Shown in pieces: positions 17,501 to 26,449 of a DNA stretch of 64,000 bases (position 1 is the stretch's first letter; each line of letters opens with the position of its first letter). The notes beneath the pieces are model-generated. The model was not told the DNA's origin, made no database searches, and was given only the letters and a program-made list of their open reading frames with translations. The stretch comes from Longimicrobiaceae bacterium (GTDB taxonomy: Bacteria; Gemmatimonadota; Gemmatimonadetes; Longimicrobiales; Longimicrobiaceae). The position numbers and the translations under genes are program-made. The stretch spans positions 56,736-120,735 of the forward strand of contig DASSTO010000009.1 of the NCBI GenBank assembly GCA_035707865.1, read 5' to 3'.

Positions 17501-17586
17501 GGGATCGACCCCAGCGGCACGTCCGCCCCGCGGGGCGTACCGGGCTCGGAAGCCCGGGGGCGCTCAGGAAAGTGCTCGGAAGACAT
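14584..17586 (-). CDS. GAF-PAS-DHp(H-box)-PAS-GGDEF-EAL c-di-GMP turnover protein
   Basis: 1000 aa from ATG 17586. The track ORF extends 221 codons further, across the upstream gene, as low-complexity Arg/Pro sequence. Motifs: RPED-TIARF-GGDEF, EALLRW, DDFGTG, AEGIS..QG, and an H-box HEVNNPLAVI with no ATPase domain. Confidence 0.9.
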   Translation of the reverse strand: MSSEHFPERPRASEPGTPRGADVPLGSIPAERALVLLSALRRISSALARPADVDALLRAVPEQASVLLGADAAALCLYDADAAALEVRSATGAFVDQVGDLLPVEGSLEGRAWSTNALQVSVSLATDLRAYRAQERHLPPAPALAVPLPGRDGAIGSLLVARSRAGAAPFGEADLAVARVLADAVGSAVENVHRFAAARSSQALLESWRRETLLRASQERYEAVAAVWGLVAFEWDPRSDSVVWGDSLRDVFDSAPEAFGATLRAWSTNVREEERERLLNALHGAARAEEAVGVAVHVQLPDGGERPAILRAIPTRTPGGVRFLGALASTAETEAAATVAERPDALIDHIVHTIQHEVNNPLAVIVGQAQLLREGGRRDEALETALGSILSEGERISASIRRLATSLSGAEATEAAAPASAPETTAPESVAKETAAGFRSIVESLPEGVLVCDPRYVVRYANAAMQQLTGFLPSELISHGLCEHLIDPAEGRPLEEQFHRHLSGAKQSFEIPINRKDGDRIWVEVCAGPFRGAGGAVRGVLYSLTDITARKLSEDALRESAFHDSLTGLPNRALMIERLSNAIARARRHPEHQFAVLFLDLDRLKAVNDGLGHPAGDELLTTVARRLQTCLRPEDTIARFGGDEFAVLIEGIDDTADVTRVARRIQEELAAPLELEGHQVSASASIGIAYSDRGEASAEELLRNADTAMYRAKARGRGSYEIFDRKMQAEVEERLHDENELRRALDEGEFRLYYQPIVSLASQHMIGVEALLRWDHPERGLVQPDAFLPLAEETGLIIPIGRWVLEQACGQLKQWQREFAEGAPEWVAVNVSGKQLMQPDFARQVQEILRTSGLAAHSLKLEFSESTLSESSGAGWNVVEELSAEGVRIHMDDFGTGASPLGHLHEVPIEAMKIDRSFVTEIDETTPPAALRALRPTRVVRTLLSVAHGVGVATIAEGISTLHQLGVLQQLGCEYGQGYLFAQPLDKESICALIRARSAQ

Positions 17587-17651
17587 TCGTATGCGGGATC
17601 GGGAATGCTCGGCCACCGGGGCGGAGAGCTCACGGCCTCGTGGTTTCACCT

Positions 17652-18758
17652 CTACGCGGATCTCCGGGGTTCTCCGCGTTCCAGCAGCTCCCTCGCGAAG
17701 GAGGCACCCGGGAGTCCGGCGGCGCGGGCGCGCGCGAAGGCGGCGACGACCTGGGGATCGAAGACGGTGCCGGCGCCGCGTTGCAGCTCCGCCGCCGCGA
17801 CCTCCGCGGCGCGGCGCGGGCGGTACGGTCGGTCGGCCACCATCGCATTGAAGCTGTCGACGACCGCGAGGATCCGCGCCTCCAGGGGGATCTCCTCCCC
17901 GTGCAGTCCGTCGGGGTAGCCCTTGCCGTTCCAGCGCTCGTGGTGATGGCGGACGATCGGGGCCGCCGCGCGCAGGCGCTCGCTCCGGTCCAGGATCCGC
18001 GCGCCGGTCTCCGGGTGGCGCTTCACGAGCTCGTACTCGTCGCGCGTCAGCGGCCCAGGCTTGCTCAGGATCCGCTCGGGAACGCCGAGCTTCCCGATGT
18101 CGTGCAGGACTCCGGCGAGCCACAGCCGCTCGAGCTGGTCCGCGTCGACGCCCAGCTCCGCTCCCACCGCCAGCGCCTGGCGCGCCAGGCGCTCCAGGTG
18201 GCCCGCGGCGTAGCCGTCGCGGATCTCGATCGCGCTCGCCACGGTCCACAGCGCGTCCAGGCAGAGCTCGAGGAGCGCGTCTCCGTCGCGTTCCTGCGGC
18301 CGCTCCTCCGCCATCCGCCGGTAGGCCGCGTTCTCCTGCAACAGCCTCCGCCGCTCCAGCGAGCGGGTCACGGCGAAGCGGACCCTCTGCAGGCTGAAGG
18401 GCTTCTCGATGTAGTCGTCCGCGCGCGGACTCGGCGCTTCCATCGCCTGCTCCACCCCGCTGAGCCCCGAGAGGATCACGAATCCGACCGCGGGGTCGCG
18501 CTCCCTCGCCCGGCGCAGCAGCTCCGTGCCGTTGATCCCCGGCATCAGCAGGTCCGAGAGGATCGCGTCCGGAGCGTCGGCCTCCAGCACGCGCAGCGCG
18601 TCCTCCCCGCTCGCCGCGAGCGAGAGCCGGTATGAGTCACCGAGTGCGCGGGAGAGGATGAGCCGGATGCTCTCCTCGTCGTCCACGACCAGGACGTGGG
18701 CGGGTGCCGTGTCGTTCGCGGAAATGGGATCGGTTGGAAGAGGAAGTTTATCCACCAT
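17652..18758 (-). CDS. response regulator with HD-GYP phosphodiesterase domain (RpfG-like)
   Basis: 368 aa from ATG 18758. Receiver motifs VLVVDDEE and AILSDLLMPGING. HD-GYP motifs HDIGKLGV and HHERWNGKGYPDGL. Confidence 0.9.
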   Translation of the reverse strand: MVDKLPLPTDPISANDTAPAHVLVVDDEESIRLILSRALGDSYRLSLAASGEDALRVLEADAPDAILSDLLMPGINGTELLRRARERDPAVGFVILSGLSGVEQAMEAPSPRADDYIEKPFSLQRVRFAVTRSLERRRLLQENAAYRRMAEERPQERDGDALLELCLDALWTVASAIEIRDGYAAGHLERLARQALAVGAELGVDADQLERLWLAGVLHDIGKLGVPERILSKPGPLTRDEYELVKRHPETGARILDRSERLRAAAPIVRHHHERWNGKGYPDGLHGEEIPLEARILAVVDSFNAMVADRPYRPRRAAEVAAAELQRGAGTVFDPQVVAAFARARAAGLPGASFARELLERGEPRRSA

Positions 18759-19138
18759 CGTTCGGAAACGGAGCCGGGAGACGGATGGGGAAGATACGCC
18801 ACCCCGCGCCCATCTCGAAATGGCCTCCGCACAGCTGCGCGCGGAGCGTCGTACCGGTCGCTCACCGGCCGCGCCGCGCGAGGCCCTCCGTCCATATCCG
18901 TGCCAGGGACGCCGCCTCGACCCCCCTCGGGCGCGGGAACCCACGGGAGAGCCTGCGCCCTCTCCGCCTCCGGGCGAATCGGCGCGACGCCGGCCGATCT
19001 CCCCGGCGCCGCGGATTTGCCGCATGCGCGCATCAGGTGGCGTGTGCGCGCCACGCCGCCGCTCAACCCGGGCCGGCCCGGTGCCGAAGCTCTCTACGGA
19101 TGGAGCCGGCGCGGCGGAGAATACGTTTGCGGGGGACG

Positions 19139-20419
19139 ATGAGCGAAGCTCGGGGGGTGCAGCCGACACCAGCGGACGCGGACCGGACACGGGCCCGGCT
19201 CAGCGCCGCCGTGCTCGTCTACTGCGTCGGGGTGATCCTCTTCATCACGCTCGTTCCCTTCCGGTTCGAGGATTCCCCCACCCGCGCCGTCCTCTTCACC
19301 GGGGAGCTGAGGGACGTCGTGGCGAACCTGGCGCTCTTCCTTCCCATCGGCTTCCTGTACCCGCTCTCGCGACCCGGGCCCGCGCGTCGGCGCGCCGTGG
19401 AGGTGGTGCTCCTGTCGTGCGTTCTCAGCATGACGATCGAGACCGCCCAGCTCTTCGAGCACGAGCGCTACTCGTCGGTGCTGGACGTGCTCACCAACAC
19501 CGTCGGGGCGGCCGCGGGCGCCGCGGCCCTGGAGTGGGTTCGTGCCCGTCTGGCGCGCAGCACGATCTTCCCCGGCCGGCTCTCCCTCGAGCTGCCGTTG
19601 ATGGGCCTGCTCTACCTGCTGCTGCCCCTGCTCTGGCTCTCGGCGCTGAGCGCGGGCACCGAGCTGCCCCGGATGCTCCTCCCGGTGCTCGTCTGCTGCG
19701 TCGGCGTGCGGCTCTGGGGAGTGCTCTACGACCATCACTTCGGGCCGATCGCCGGCGTCTCGCCCGGCACCATGCGCTGGATCGTCGCCGCGTGGACCCT
19801 CGCCGGCCTGGCCCCCGCACTGATGGTCTACCCGTGGACGGCGCTGACGCTCCCGCTCCTCGCCGCGGTCGCGATCCGGCCGGCCGAGCGCGCGAGCGTC
19901 TCCGGCGAGCGACGCTTCGAGGCGGTGGCCCTCCGGGCCGCGCTGCCGGCTCTCCTCGCGTATCTCGTCGTGCTGCTCGCGCTCCCGCTCGTCGGCCCGC
20001 GCGGCGCTCCGACCTTTCACTGGGGCTTCCCTACCAGCCACTTCTCCGTGACGCCGCTGCAGCAGCTCCGGTTCCTCCAGGCTTTCGCGGCTGTCGGTGT
20101 CCTCGGGTACGTTCTGGCGGAGGTCCGCGGCAGAAGCGAGCTCCCCTTCCGTCGTGTGGTGGGAGCGCTCGCCCTCGCCGCGTCGCTCTTCGCCCTGCCG
20201 TTCGAGCTCGTGCGGGCTGCGGTGCCCGGGCTCGGCTTCAGCGCCGCCGAGGCCCTGCTGCTGCTCGCCGCCGGACCGTACGGCGGCTGGATCTATCACC
20301 TTCAGCGGGCTCACGTCCGCGCATCGGCTCCGGCAGCGGAGCCGGTGCGGAAACCGCGCGAAGCCGGTCTCGGCGGCGCGCCCGCGGGACTGCCGGTGCT
20401 CGGCGGGGAACTGGTGTAA
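19139..20419 (+). CDS. VanZ-like domain membrane protein
   Basis: 426 aa from ATG 19139. N-terminal VanZ pattern (VPFRF..., NLALFLPIGFL, ETAQLF..R.SS..DVLTN..GA) followed by ~8 further hydrophobic helices. Confidence 0.7.
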   Translation: MSEARGVQPTPADADRTRARLSAAVLVYCVGVILFITLVPFRFEDSPTRAVLFTGELRDVVANLALFLPIGFLYPLSRPGPARRRAVEVVLLSCVLSMTIETAQLFEHERYSSVLDVLTNTVGAAAGAAALEWVRARLARSTIFPGRLSLELPLMGLLYLLLPLLWLSALSAGTELPRMLLPVLVCCVGVRLWGVLYDHHFGPIAGVSPGTMRWIVAAWTLAGLAPALMVYPWTALTLPLLAAVAIRPAERASVSGERRFEAVALRAALPALLAYLVVLLALPLVGPRGAPTFHWGFPTSHFSVTPLQQLRFLQAFAAVGVLGYVLAEVRGRSELPFRRVVGALALAASLFALPFELVRAAVPGLGFSAAEALLLLAAGPYGGWIYHLQRAHVRASAPAAEPVRKPREAGLGGAPAGLPVLGGELV

Positions 20420-20424
20420 GTCTC

Positions 20425-20441
20425 GCGGATTCCGTAAATTA
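20425..20441 (+). promoter_or_regulatory. conserved motif GCGGATTCCGTAAATTA (copy 1)
   Basis: 15/17 identical to 25180-25196. AT-rich island 18 nt upstream of the hybrid kinase ORF. Confidence 0.4.
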
Positions 20442-20458
20442 CTCGCCCGCGCCCTGGT

Positions 20459-22534
20459 GTGCCGGGCCCTTCTCTCGGACCCCTTATCGCCTCCGCGCTC
20501 GTCTCTCTTTCCATGCCCGATCGCAGCCGTTACGTCCGAAAAACTCCCGTACGCCGCTCCGTCGAGCGGGCGTCGTCGCCGAACCCCTCCGGGAGCGAGG
20601 AGCAACTCCGCGCGATCGCCGCGCACGTCCGCGACGCCGCCTGGATCACCAGCCCGGACGGTCGGGAAGTCCTCTACGTCAACCCCGCGGGCGAGGCTCT
20701 GTGGGGCCATTCCGCCGAGGAGCTCCTCGCGCGACCCGGGCTCTGGATGCAGTCCCTCGGTGCGGTCGATCGCGCAGCGGTGAGCGAGGCCTTCCCGCCG
20801 CCCGCGGGTGCGGAGCCCCCCACGCTTCGCTATCGGGTCGATCGGCCGGACGGCTCGCCGCGCTGGGTCGAGCACCGGCTCCTCCCCCTGCGCGCCGCGA
20901 ACGGCCGGGTGCAGCGCGTCCTCAGCATCGCCGAGGACGTCACCGCGCTGCGGAGCGCTCACGAGGCGCTGGTCGAGAGCGAGGAGCGTTTCCGCCTCGC
21001 GGCCCGCGCCACCAACGACGTCGTCTGGGAGCGCGACCTCTGCACCGGCGAGGTCGCGTGGAACGAGGCGGCCGGGGTCGCGCTCGGCCATCCGCAGCGC
21101 GCCGCGGATTTCACCGCCGACTGGTGGACGCGCAACCTGCACCCCGAGGACCGGGAGCGCGTGCTGTCGAGCCTTCGCGCGGCCGTCGAGGGCACGGGAC
21201 AGTTCTGGACCGAGGAGTACCAGTTCCGGCGCGCGGACGGCTCGTACGCCACGGTGCTCGATCGGGGCTTCGTCGCCCGCGCCGAGGACGGCCGGCCCGT
21301 GCGCATGGTCGGAGCCATGGCGAACGTCACGGACTACAAGCGGCTCGAGGAGCAGCTCCACCTCTCGCAGCGCATGGAGGCCGTCGGCCGCCTCGCGGGC
21401 GGCATCGCGCACGACTTCAACAACATCCTGATGGTGATCGAGGGCTCCACCGACCTGCTCCTGGACGGCCTCTCCGAGTCCGACCCGGTCTGCGCCGACC
21501 TGAAGGAGATCCGCAAGGCCGCCGAGCGCGCGACCTCGCTCACCCGGCAGCTCCTCGCCTTCGGGCGCCGTCAGGTGCTCCGCCCCAAGGTGGTGGACCT
21601 GAACGCGAGCGTCGCGGAGATCCAGCGGATGCTGGAGCGGATCCTGGGAGAGGACCTCACGCTCGTCACCGACCTCGCCCCCGACCTGGGCCGCGTCGAG
21701 GTCGACCCGGGGCAGTTCGAGCAGGTCCTGCTCAACCTGGCCGTCAACGCCCGCGACGCCATGCCCAAGGGCGGCGTGCTCACCGTCGAGACCCGCGACG
21801 TGGTGCTGACCGAGAAGGACACGCGTCGCTTCGCCTACCGCGTAGATCCCGGTCCTTACGTACGCGTGCGCGTCTCCGATACCGGCGACGGCATCGGAGA
21901 GGAGACGCTCGCCCACATCTTCGAGCCCTTCTTCACCACCAAGGAGCAGGGGAAGGGCACGGGCCTGGGCCTCAGCACGGTGTACGGGATCGTCAAGCAG
22001 AGCGGCGGTTACATCTGGGCGGAGAGCACGGAAGGGGAGGGCAGCACCTTCGACGTCTACCTGCCTTCACTCGGGTCGGTCCCGCTTCCAGCACCGGCGT
22101 CGAGCAAGCGCGGCGCCCGCGCGCCACTGCGCCAGAGGATCGGGACGATCCTGCTCGTCGAGGACGAGGACGTGGTCCGCTCCATCGCGCGCCGCATCCT
22201 GGTGCGCAGCGGCTACGCCGTCCTGGAGGCGGCGAACGGGCCCGCGGCGCTACGTCTCTGCGAGGAGCGGGGGGGAGAGATCGACCTGCTGATCACGGAC
22301 GTCGTGATGCCGCAGATGAGCGGGCGGGAGCTGGCCGACCACGTCACGGAGCGCTTTCCGGGAGTGCGGGTGCTCTACATGTCGGGCCACATCGACGACC
22401 TCGTGGTCCGCCACGGCGTCCAGCACGCGTCCAACGGCTTCATCCAGAAGCCGTTCCCGCCGGAGGTCCTCCTGCGACGCGTCGACGAGGCACTCCTGAA
22501 GAAGAAACGGCAGCGGCTGGCGGCGAACGGCTAA
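20459..22534 (+). CDS. hybrid sensor histidine kinase (PAS-PAS-HisKA-HATPase-REC)
   Basis: 691 aa (alternative ATG at 20513). H-box HDFNNIL. N/G boxes NLAVNARDAM, DTGDGI, GTGLGLS. C-terminal receiver LLVEDED...DLLITDVVMPQMSG...KPF. Confidence 0.9.
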   Translation: MPGPSLGPLIASALVSLSMPDRSRYVRKTPVRRSVERASSPNPSGSEEQLRAIAAHVRDAAWITSPDGREVLYVNPAGEALWGHSAEELLARPGLWMQSLGAVDRAAVSEAFPPPAGAEPPTLRYRVDRPDGSPRWVEHRLLPLRAANGRVQRVLSIAEDVTALRSAHEALVESEERFRLAARATNDVVWERDLCTGEVAWNEAAGVALGHPQRAADFTADWWTRNLHPEDRERVLSSLRAAVEGTGQFWTEEYQFRRADGSYATVLDRGFVARAEDGRPVRMVGAMANVTDYKRLEEQLHLSQRMEAVGRLAGGIAHDFNNILMVIEGSTDLLLDGLSESDPVCADLKEIRKAAERATSLTRQLLAFGRRQVLRPKVVDLNASVAEIQRMLERILGEDLTLVTDLAPDLGRVEVDPGQFEQVLLNLAVNARDAMPKGGVLTVETRDVVLTEKDTRRFAYRVDPGPYVRVRVSDTGDGIGEETLAHIFEPFFTTKEQGKGTGLGLSTVYGIVKQSGGYIWAESTEGEGSTFDVYLPSLGSVPLPAPASSKRGARAPLRQRIGTILLVEDEDVVRSIARRILVRSGYAVLEAANGPAALRLCEERGGEIDLLITDVVMPQMSGRELADHVTERFPGVRVLYMSGHIDDLVVRHGVQHASNGFIQKPFPPEVLLRRVDEALLKKKRQRLAANG

Positions 22535-22544
22535 CGGCTGCCGC

Positions 22545-23471
22545 TCACCCCCGCGAGCTCTGCTTCCGGGCGTACATCCGCTCGTCGGCTTCGGCGAGCA
22601 GGTCCTGGAGCGCCATCGGCTGGTCGGGGTCGAAGTAGGCCGTGCCCACGCTCAGGGAGAGCGGGTAGGGAGCCGCCGAGGTGGCGCGCTGCTCCTCGAG
22701 GATGGCCTGGAGCCGGTCGGTGAGCAGCTCGGAGCGGTTCTCGTCCGTCTCGATCGCCAGCACCGCGAACTCGTCGCCGCCGAGCCGGCCGATCAGGTCC
22801 GTGCTCCGGAAGCAGGTCCGCAGCAGCGCGGCCGCTTCCTGCAGCGTCGCGTCGCCGGCCTCGTGCCCGAGCTCGTCGTTGATCGTCTTCAGCAGGTCCA
22901 CGTCGGCGTAGATGAGCACCGCGCCGCGGCGATTCCGCAGCGAGAGGTTGAGCTGGTGCTCGGCCATGTGCAGGAAGCCGCGGCGGTTGTACGCGCCGGT
23001 GAGCTCGTCCTCGTAGGCCAGCGTGCGCAGGAGCTCCTCGGCGCGCTTGCGGTGCGTCAGGTCGGTGAGCATGCCGATGACCACCGGCGCCGGGTATCCC
23101 GGCAGGTCGGCAAGGTGCGCGTCGTGTTGGATCCACAGCGTACGGCCGTCCTTGGCGCTGATGCGGTACTCGGAGATCAGCGCTGCCCCCATCGTCGAGA
23201 GCCGCGACTGCTCGTTCAGCACCCGGCCCGCGTCGTCCGGGTGGATCTGGTTGAACCAGTCGTGCGGGTTCTCGATCCACTCTCCTGGCGCGAAGCCGAG
23301 CAGTGATTCGAGCTGCGGGCTCACGTAGAGGATGGGGCCGGGCAGAGGAGACTCCGCCACGTAGGCTACGCCCGGGAGGTGGTCGAGGAGCTGTAACAGC
23401 GCTTCGTGTGGAAGTCGATCGGGCATGCGCGGGGCGGGGAAGGGTGCGCCAGCGTCGACGCGGGCCGGCAA
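22545..23471 (-). CDS. PAS-GGDEF diguanylate cyclase
   Basis: 308 aa (alternative ATG at 23426). PAS segment, then RSTD-LIGRL-GGDEF with intact active and inhibitory sites. Confidence 0.9.
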   Translation of the reverse strand: MPARVDAGAPFPAPRMPDRLPHEALLQLLDHLPGVAYVAESPLPGPILYVSPQLESLLGFAPGEWIENPHDWFNQIHPDDAGRVLNEQSRLSTMGAALISEYRISAKDGRTLWIQHDAHLADLPGYPAPVVIGMLTDLTHRKRAEELLRTLAYEDELTGAYNRRGFLHMAEHQLNLSLRNRRGAVLIYADVDLLKTINDELGHEAGDATLQEAAALLRTCFRSTDLIGRLGGDEFAVLAIETDENRSELLTDRLQAILEEQRATSAAPYPLSLSVGTAYFDPDQPMALQDLLAEADERMYARKQSSRG

Positions 23472-23674
23472 CGCCCGAAAGTATCGGCCCCGCGGATGCC
23501 CGTCAATATCGCCACGATCCCATCCCCGGGCCCGCCGGCCGGGGGCCGCTCGGAAGCCGCCCGCGCCGAATCAAGTTTATCTCGTTTCTTGCCGAGCCTC
23601 CCCGGGAGCGGGCGCGCACGGGCGAGCCCGCCGGGCTCGACGGGCTCGGGCCGATTTCTCCAGCTCTTCGCCAC

Positions 23675-24532
23675 ATGCTGCAACGTGCGGTGCCGTTCCC
23701 CCTGTTGATTCCCGCCGACGCGGCGTTGCTCGCGTCGTGGCGGGCGTTCGCCTCGCGTCTGCACGACGGGGACGTGCTCGAGGGCGTACTCCACCGCCAC
23801 GCCGACCGGCTCGAGATCCAGACGCGCTCGGAGGCCCGGGCCGTCCTCCACTCGATCCACGACATGGTGACCCGCGGCGAGCACCTGCTCTGGCGGAGCG
23901 CGCTCACGCAGATCGCCGGCGACATCGCCGCGCTACTGCCCCCCGAGCCCGAGATCCCGGCGCACCACCCCTCGACGCGCGAGATCGCGGGGCACCGGCC
24001 GGCGGTCTACCCGCCCCCGGCCGTGCCCCAGCGCCGGAGCGAGCCCGCCCCGGAGGCCCGCGCCCCCGCCCCCCCCGCGCCGCCCCGCGAGCGTGCCGCG
24101 TATCAGCAGATGCTCGCCTCGCTCGGCGCGCGCCTCGGCCTGCACGTCGTCGTCCCCGGCCCGGGCGAGCCCCGGACCCAGGCGTGGCACGCCTGCGACC
24201 TCGTCTGGCTGGAGGGCGGGCACCCTTTCGCCGCCTTCGTCTTCGGCGTCCATCCGGATGCGAGCGCGACGATCCTCGCGTTGAGCGATACCGCGCTCTC
24301 CGCGGGGACCGGGGTCCGCCTCTACCTCGTCGGCGGAGAACAGGATGGAGAACGCCTCACCTCGGCCCTCTCGCGCCCCACGTTCCGCCAGCTCCGCACC
24401 GAGGAGCTCTTCTCCTTCCTGCCCTTCGAGAGGCTGTGCGCCCGCCTCGAAGCCGTCGGAGACCTGGTCGAGTATCTCCGTCCCGAGTTCCTCGACCGCC
24501 TGCGGGACGAGCAGCCGGGTGCCGGCCGCTAG
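23675..24532 (+). CDS. hypothetical protein
   Basis: 285 aa from ATG 23675. Balanced composition in both the N-terminal and C-terminal thirds, with a Pro/Ala linker. Family not recognised. The upstream part of the 409-aa track ORF is antisense to the GGDEF gene. Confidence 0.5.
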   Translation: MLQRAVPFPLLIPADAALLASWRAFASRLHDGDVLEGVLHRHADRLEIQTRSEARAVLHSIHDMVTRGEHLLWRSALTQIAGDIAALLPPEPEIPAHHPSTREIAGHRPAVYPPPAVPQRRSEPAPEARAPAPPAPPRERAAYQQMLASLGARLGLHVVVPGPGEPRTQAWHACDLVWLEGGHPFAAFVFGVHPDASATILALSDTALSAGTGVRLYLVGGEQDGERLTSALSRPTFRQLRTEELFSFLPFERLCARLEAVGDLVEYLRPEFLDRLRDEQPGAGR

Positions 24533-24535
24533 CCG

Positions 24536-24943
24536 CTAGCGGCTGGCCTTCCCCCCTCCCACCAGCAGCTCCACCCGGTCGGCGATGCTCTTGAGCGAGC
24601 GCGCCAGCCGCCCCACGTCGGCGAGCTCCAGCTCACGCGCGGCCGTCCGGAGCGCCACCACGTCCTCCCTGCTGAACGCGAAGCGGTTCGACTCCGACGG
24701 GGTGCTCACCAGCTCCTCGGGCGCCGGCTCGACCCCCGCGTCGTGCCCGAGCATACGCGTCCTGGATCGGGCGAGGCCCGCGTACTCCTCGCGCAGGATG
24801 GACTCGATCTGCTCCAGCGAGATGTCGGTGTTGCCTCGCTGGCGCTCCTGCGCGCGGATCTGCTCGATCCAGGTCACCACCACCTCCGGCGGGGCAGGGA
24901 AGTAGGCCGTGACCTTCTCTGCGAGCTCGCGATCCGTTTTCAT
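24536..24943 (-). CDS. hypothetical protein
   Basis: 135 aa with a balanced, charged, helical-looking sequence (MKTDRELAEKVTAYF...). Converges on the previous gene across a GCCGCTAGCGGC palindrome. Confidence 0.5.
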   Translation of the reverse strand: MKTDRELAEKVTAYFPAPPEVVVTWIEQIRAQERQRGNTDISLEQIESILREEYAGLARSRTRMLGHDAGVEPAPEELVSTPSESNRFAFSREDVVALRTAARELELADVGRLARSLKSIADRVELLVGGGKASR

Positions 24944-25179
24944 CGACTCCCTGTTGTGATCGGGGCGGTGTGCGACGGCCCCCCGCGACGCGCAGCGCGA
25001 GTCACGGGGGGCCGGCCTTCACGGCATCCATCTCCCCACGAGAGGACCGCGTCGCCGCGGCTCTGTAGAGTCTCGGCCCCTCGGCGGCCCCTCTGTACAC
25101 TCGTCCGCGCCGCGATCGCTGCGCCTCTCCGACACAAACGTGCATCACCGCAACAATTCCCGGGTGCGAAACGAAAGGG

Positions 25180-25196
25180 GCGGATCCCGTAAATCA
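25180..25196 (+). promoter_or_regulatory. conserved motif GCGGATCCCGTAAATCA (copy 2)
   Basis: 15/17 identical to 20425-20441. Lies 116 nt upstream of the PEP-CTERM gene start. A looser third copy, GCGGATGCCCGTCAATATC, is at 23492-23510. Confidence 0.4.
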
Positions 25197-25311
25197 TTAT
25201 ACTGTGGTGCGTTAGCAAATCGCTGTCCGGTGTCGGGCTGCGCGGCCTGTGGCTTGCCCCCCGATCTTCCGACCGGCGGGACACTCTACATGCCCAATGC
25301 ACTCGGGAGAA

Positions 25312-26073
25312 ATGATGGATCTTCGGACCTTCTGTTCGCGTAACACCATTCTCGGCGCCGCCGTGGCGATGCTCGCCCTCGCCCTGCCCGGCACGGCGCA
25401 CGCCTTCACGTGGGATCCGGTGCTCGCGCCGGCGCTGCACGGCCAGGAGCAGTTCAAGCTCACGGGTACGGGCAACGTCGTCGGGGCCTCCCCGCTGAAC
25501 GGCTACTACGTCGGGCCCTACTCGGCGGCCCTGACCAGCAACGTGGGGCAGTCGTTCAGCGTCTACTGCGTGGACTTCCTGAACGACATCAGCATGAACA
25601 CGGTCTGGACGGCGAACGTCGACCCGATCACCACGGCCGGCATCGCACAGACCCGTCTGGGCGAGGCGGGGGTCCCGGACGCGGTCCTCCGCTATCAGAA
25701 GGCCGTCTGGCTCGCGGGGCAGTTCGCGAACCCGGGGTATCAGAACACCGCGGACTGGACGGGGATCCACGAAGCGATCTGGGCGACCGTGAACCCGGGC
25801 GATCTCTCCATGCTCAAGACCACGGCCGGGAGCACGTGGTACGAGGCCGTGAACGACGCCTTCGCGAGCGGAGCGCCCGGAGGTTTCAGCTCCAGCGGCT
25901 GGGTCGTCCTCACCGACGTCGACGCCAGTGGCCGCAATGGAGGCCATCAGGAGTTCATCGCGCAGATGGCCCCGGTGGTCACGCCCGAGCCGGCAACCTA
26001 TCTTCTATTCGGCACGGGGCTCCTCGTGCTCCTCTTCGTCTCCGCACGGCGCCGCCGGGAGCGGTTCGCCTGA
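25312..26073 (+). CDS. PEP-CTERM sorting-domain protein
   Basis: 253 aa. GGGAGA precedes ATG 25312/25315. Signal peptide ...LALALPGTAHA. C-terminus VTPEPATYLLFGTGLLVLLFVSARRRRE has the PEP motif, a TM helix and an Arg cluster. Confidence 0.85.
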   Translation: MMDLRTFCSRNTILGAAVAMLALALPGTAHAFTWDPVLAPALHGQEQFKLTGTGNVVGASPLNGYYVGPYSAALTSNVGQSFSVYCVDFLNDISMNTVWTANVDPITTAGIAQTRLGEAGVPDAVLRYQKAVWLAGQFANPGYQNTADWTGIHEAIWATVNPGDLSMLKTTAGSTWYEAVNDAFASGAPGGFSSSGWVVLTDVDASGRNGGHQEFIAQMAPVVTPEPATYLLFGTGLLVLLFVSARRRRERFA

Positions 26074-26106
26074 GGCAATCACAGGGAATCACGCGGGTTG
26101 CCACCG

Positions 26107-26427
26107 ATGACCAACGTTACCATCCGGCCCGACGAGCTGAACCTCCCGACGCAGCAGCGGATGGCGTCGCATGCGCTTCAGCTCCTGCGCGCGCATCCGC
26201 TCGTGGCGCCCCTCCTCTCCGCAGATGCTGCCTTCCTCGTGAGCTTCAGCACCCGCGCTCTCTCGGTCTCCGCCGTGCTCCCGGGGGACGCATCCGGGGA
26301 GTTCGTCGCCTGTCTCGACTACGATCGCTGGTGGCTCCCCGAAAGATCCGGCCGCGCCCTCGCCATGGCCGAGGAGCTCGCGAGAAAGCTGCGCGCGGGG
26401 TGGGATCAGCGCGCGAAGCAGGCCTGA
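26107..26427 (+). CDS. hypothetical small protein
   Basis: 106 aa from ATG 26107. Non-repetitive composition with no recognisable motif. Confidence 0.35.
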   Translation: MTNVTIRPDELNLPTQQRMASHALQLLRAHPLVAPLLSADAAFLVSFSTRALSVSAVLPGDASGEFVACLDYDRWWLPERSGRALAMAEELARKLRAGWDQRAKQA

Positions 26428-26449
26428 GCGCCTGCCCGCCCCCTCCACT

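Noticed and set aside
18526-22638. 1370-aa plus-strand ORF and the 940-aa minus-strand ORF 19094-21916
   Set aside because: Both run across several genes with clear motifs in other frames or strands (REC-HD-GYP, VanZ-like, hybrid kinase). Their translations are Arg/Pro/Gly-rich with no motifs.
20407-25191. Reading the GCGGATyCCGTAAAT motif as an ECF-type promoter (GAAC-like -35 plus CGTA -10)
   Set aside because: The distance from the nearest GGAAC/GAAAC to CGTA is 21, 15 and 20-28 nt in the three copies. That is too inconsistent for a single sigma-factor spacing. I keep it only as an unexplained conserved motif.
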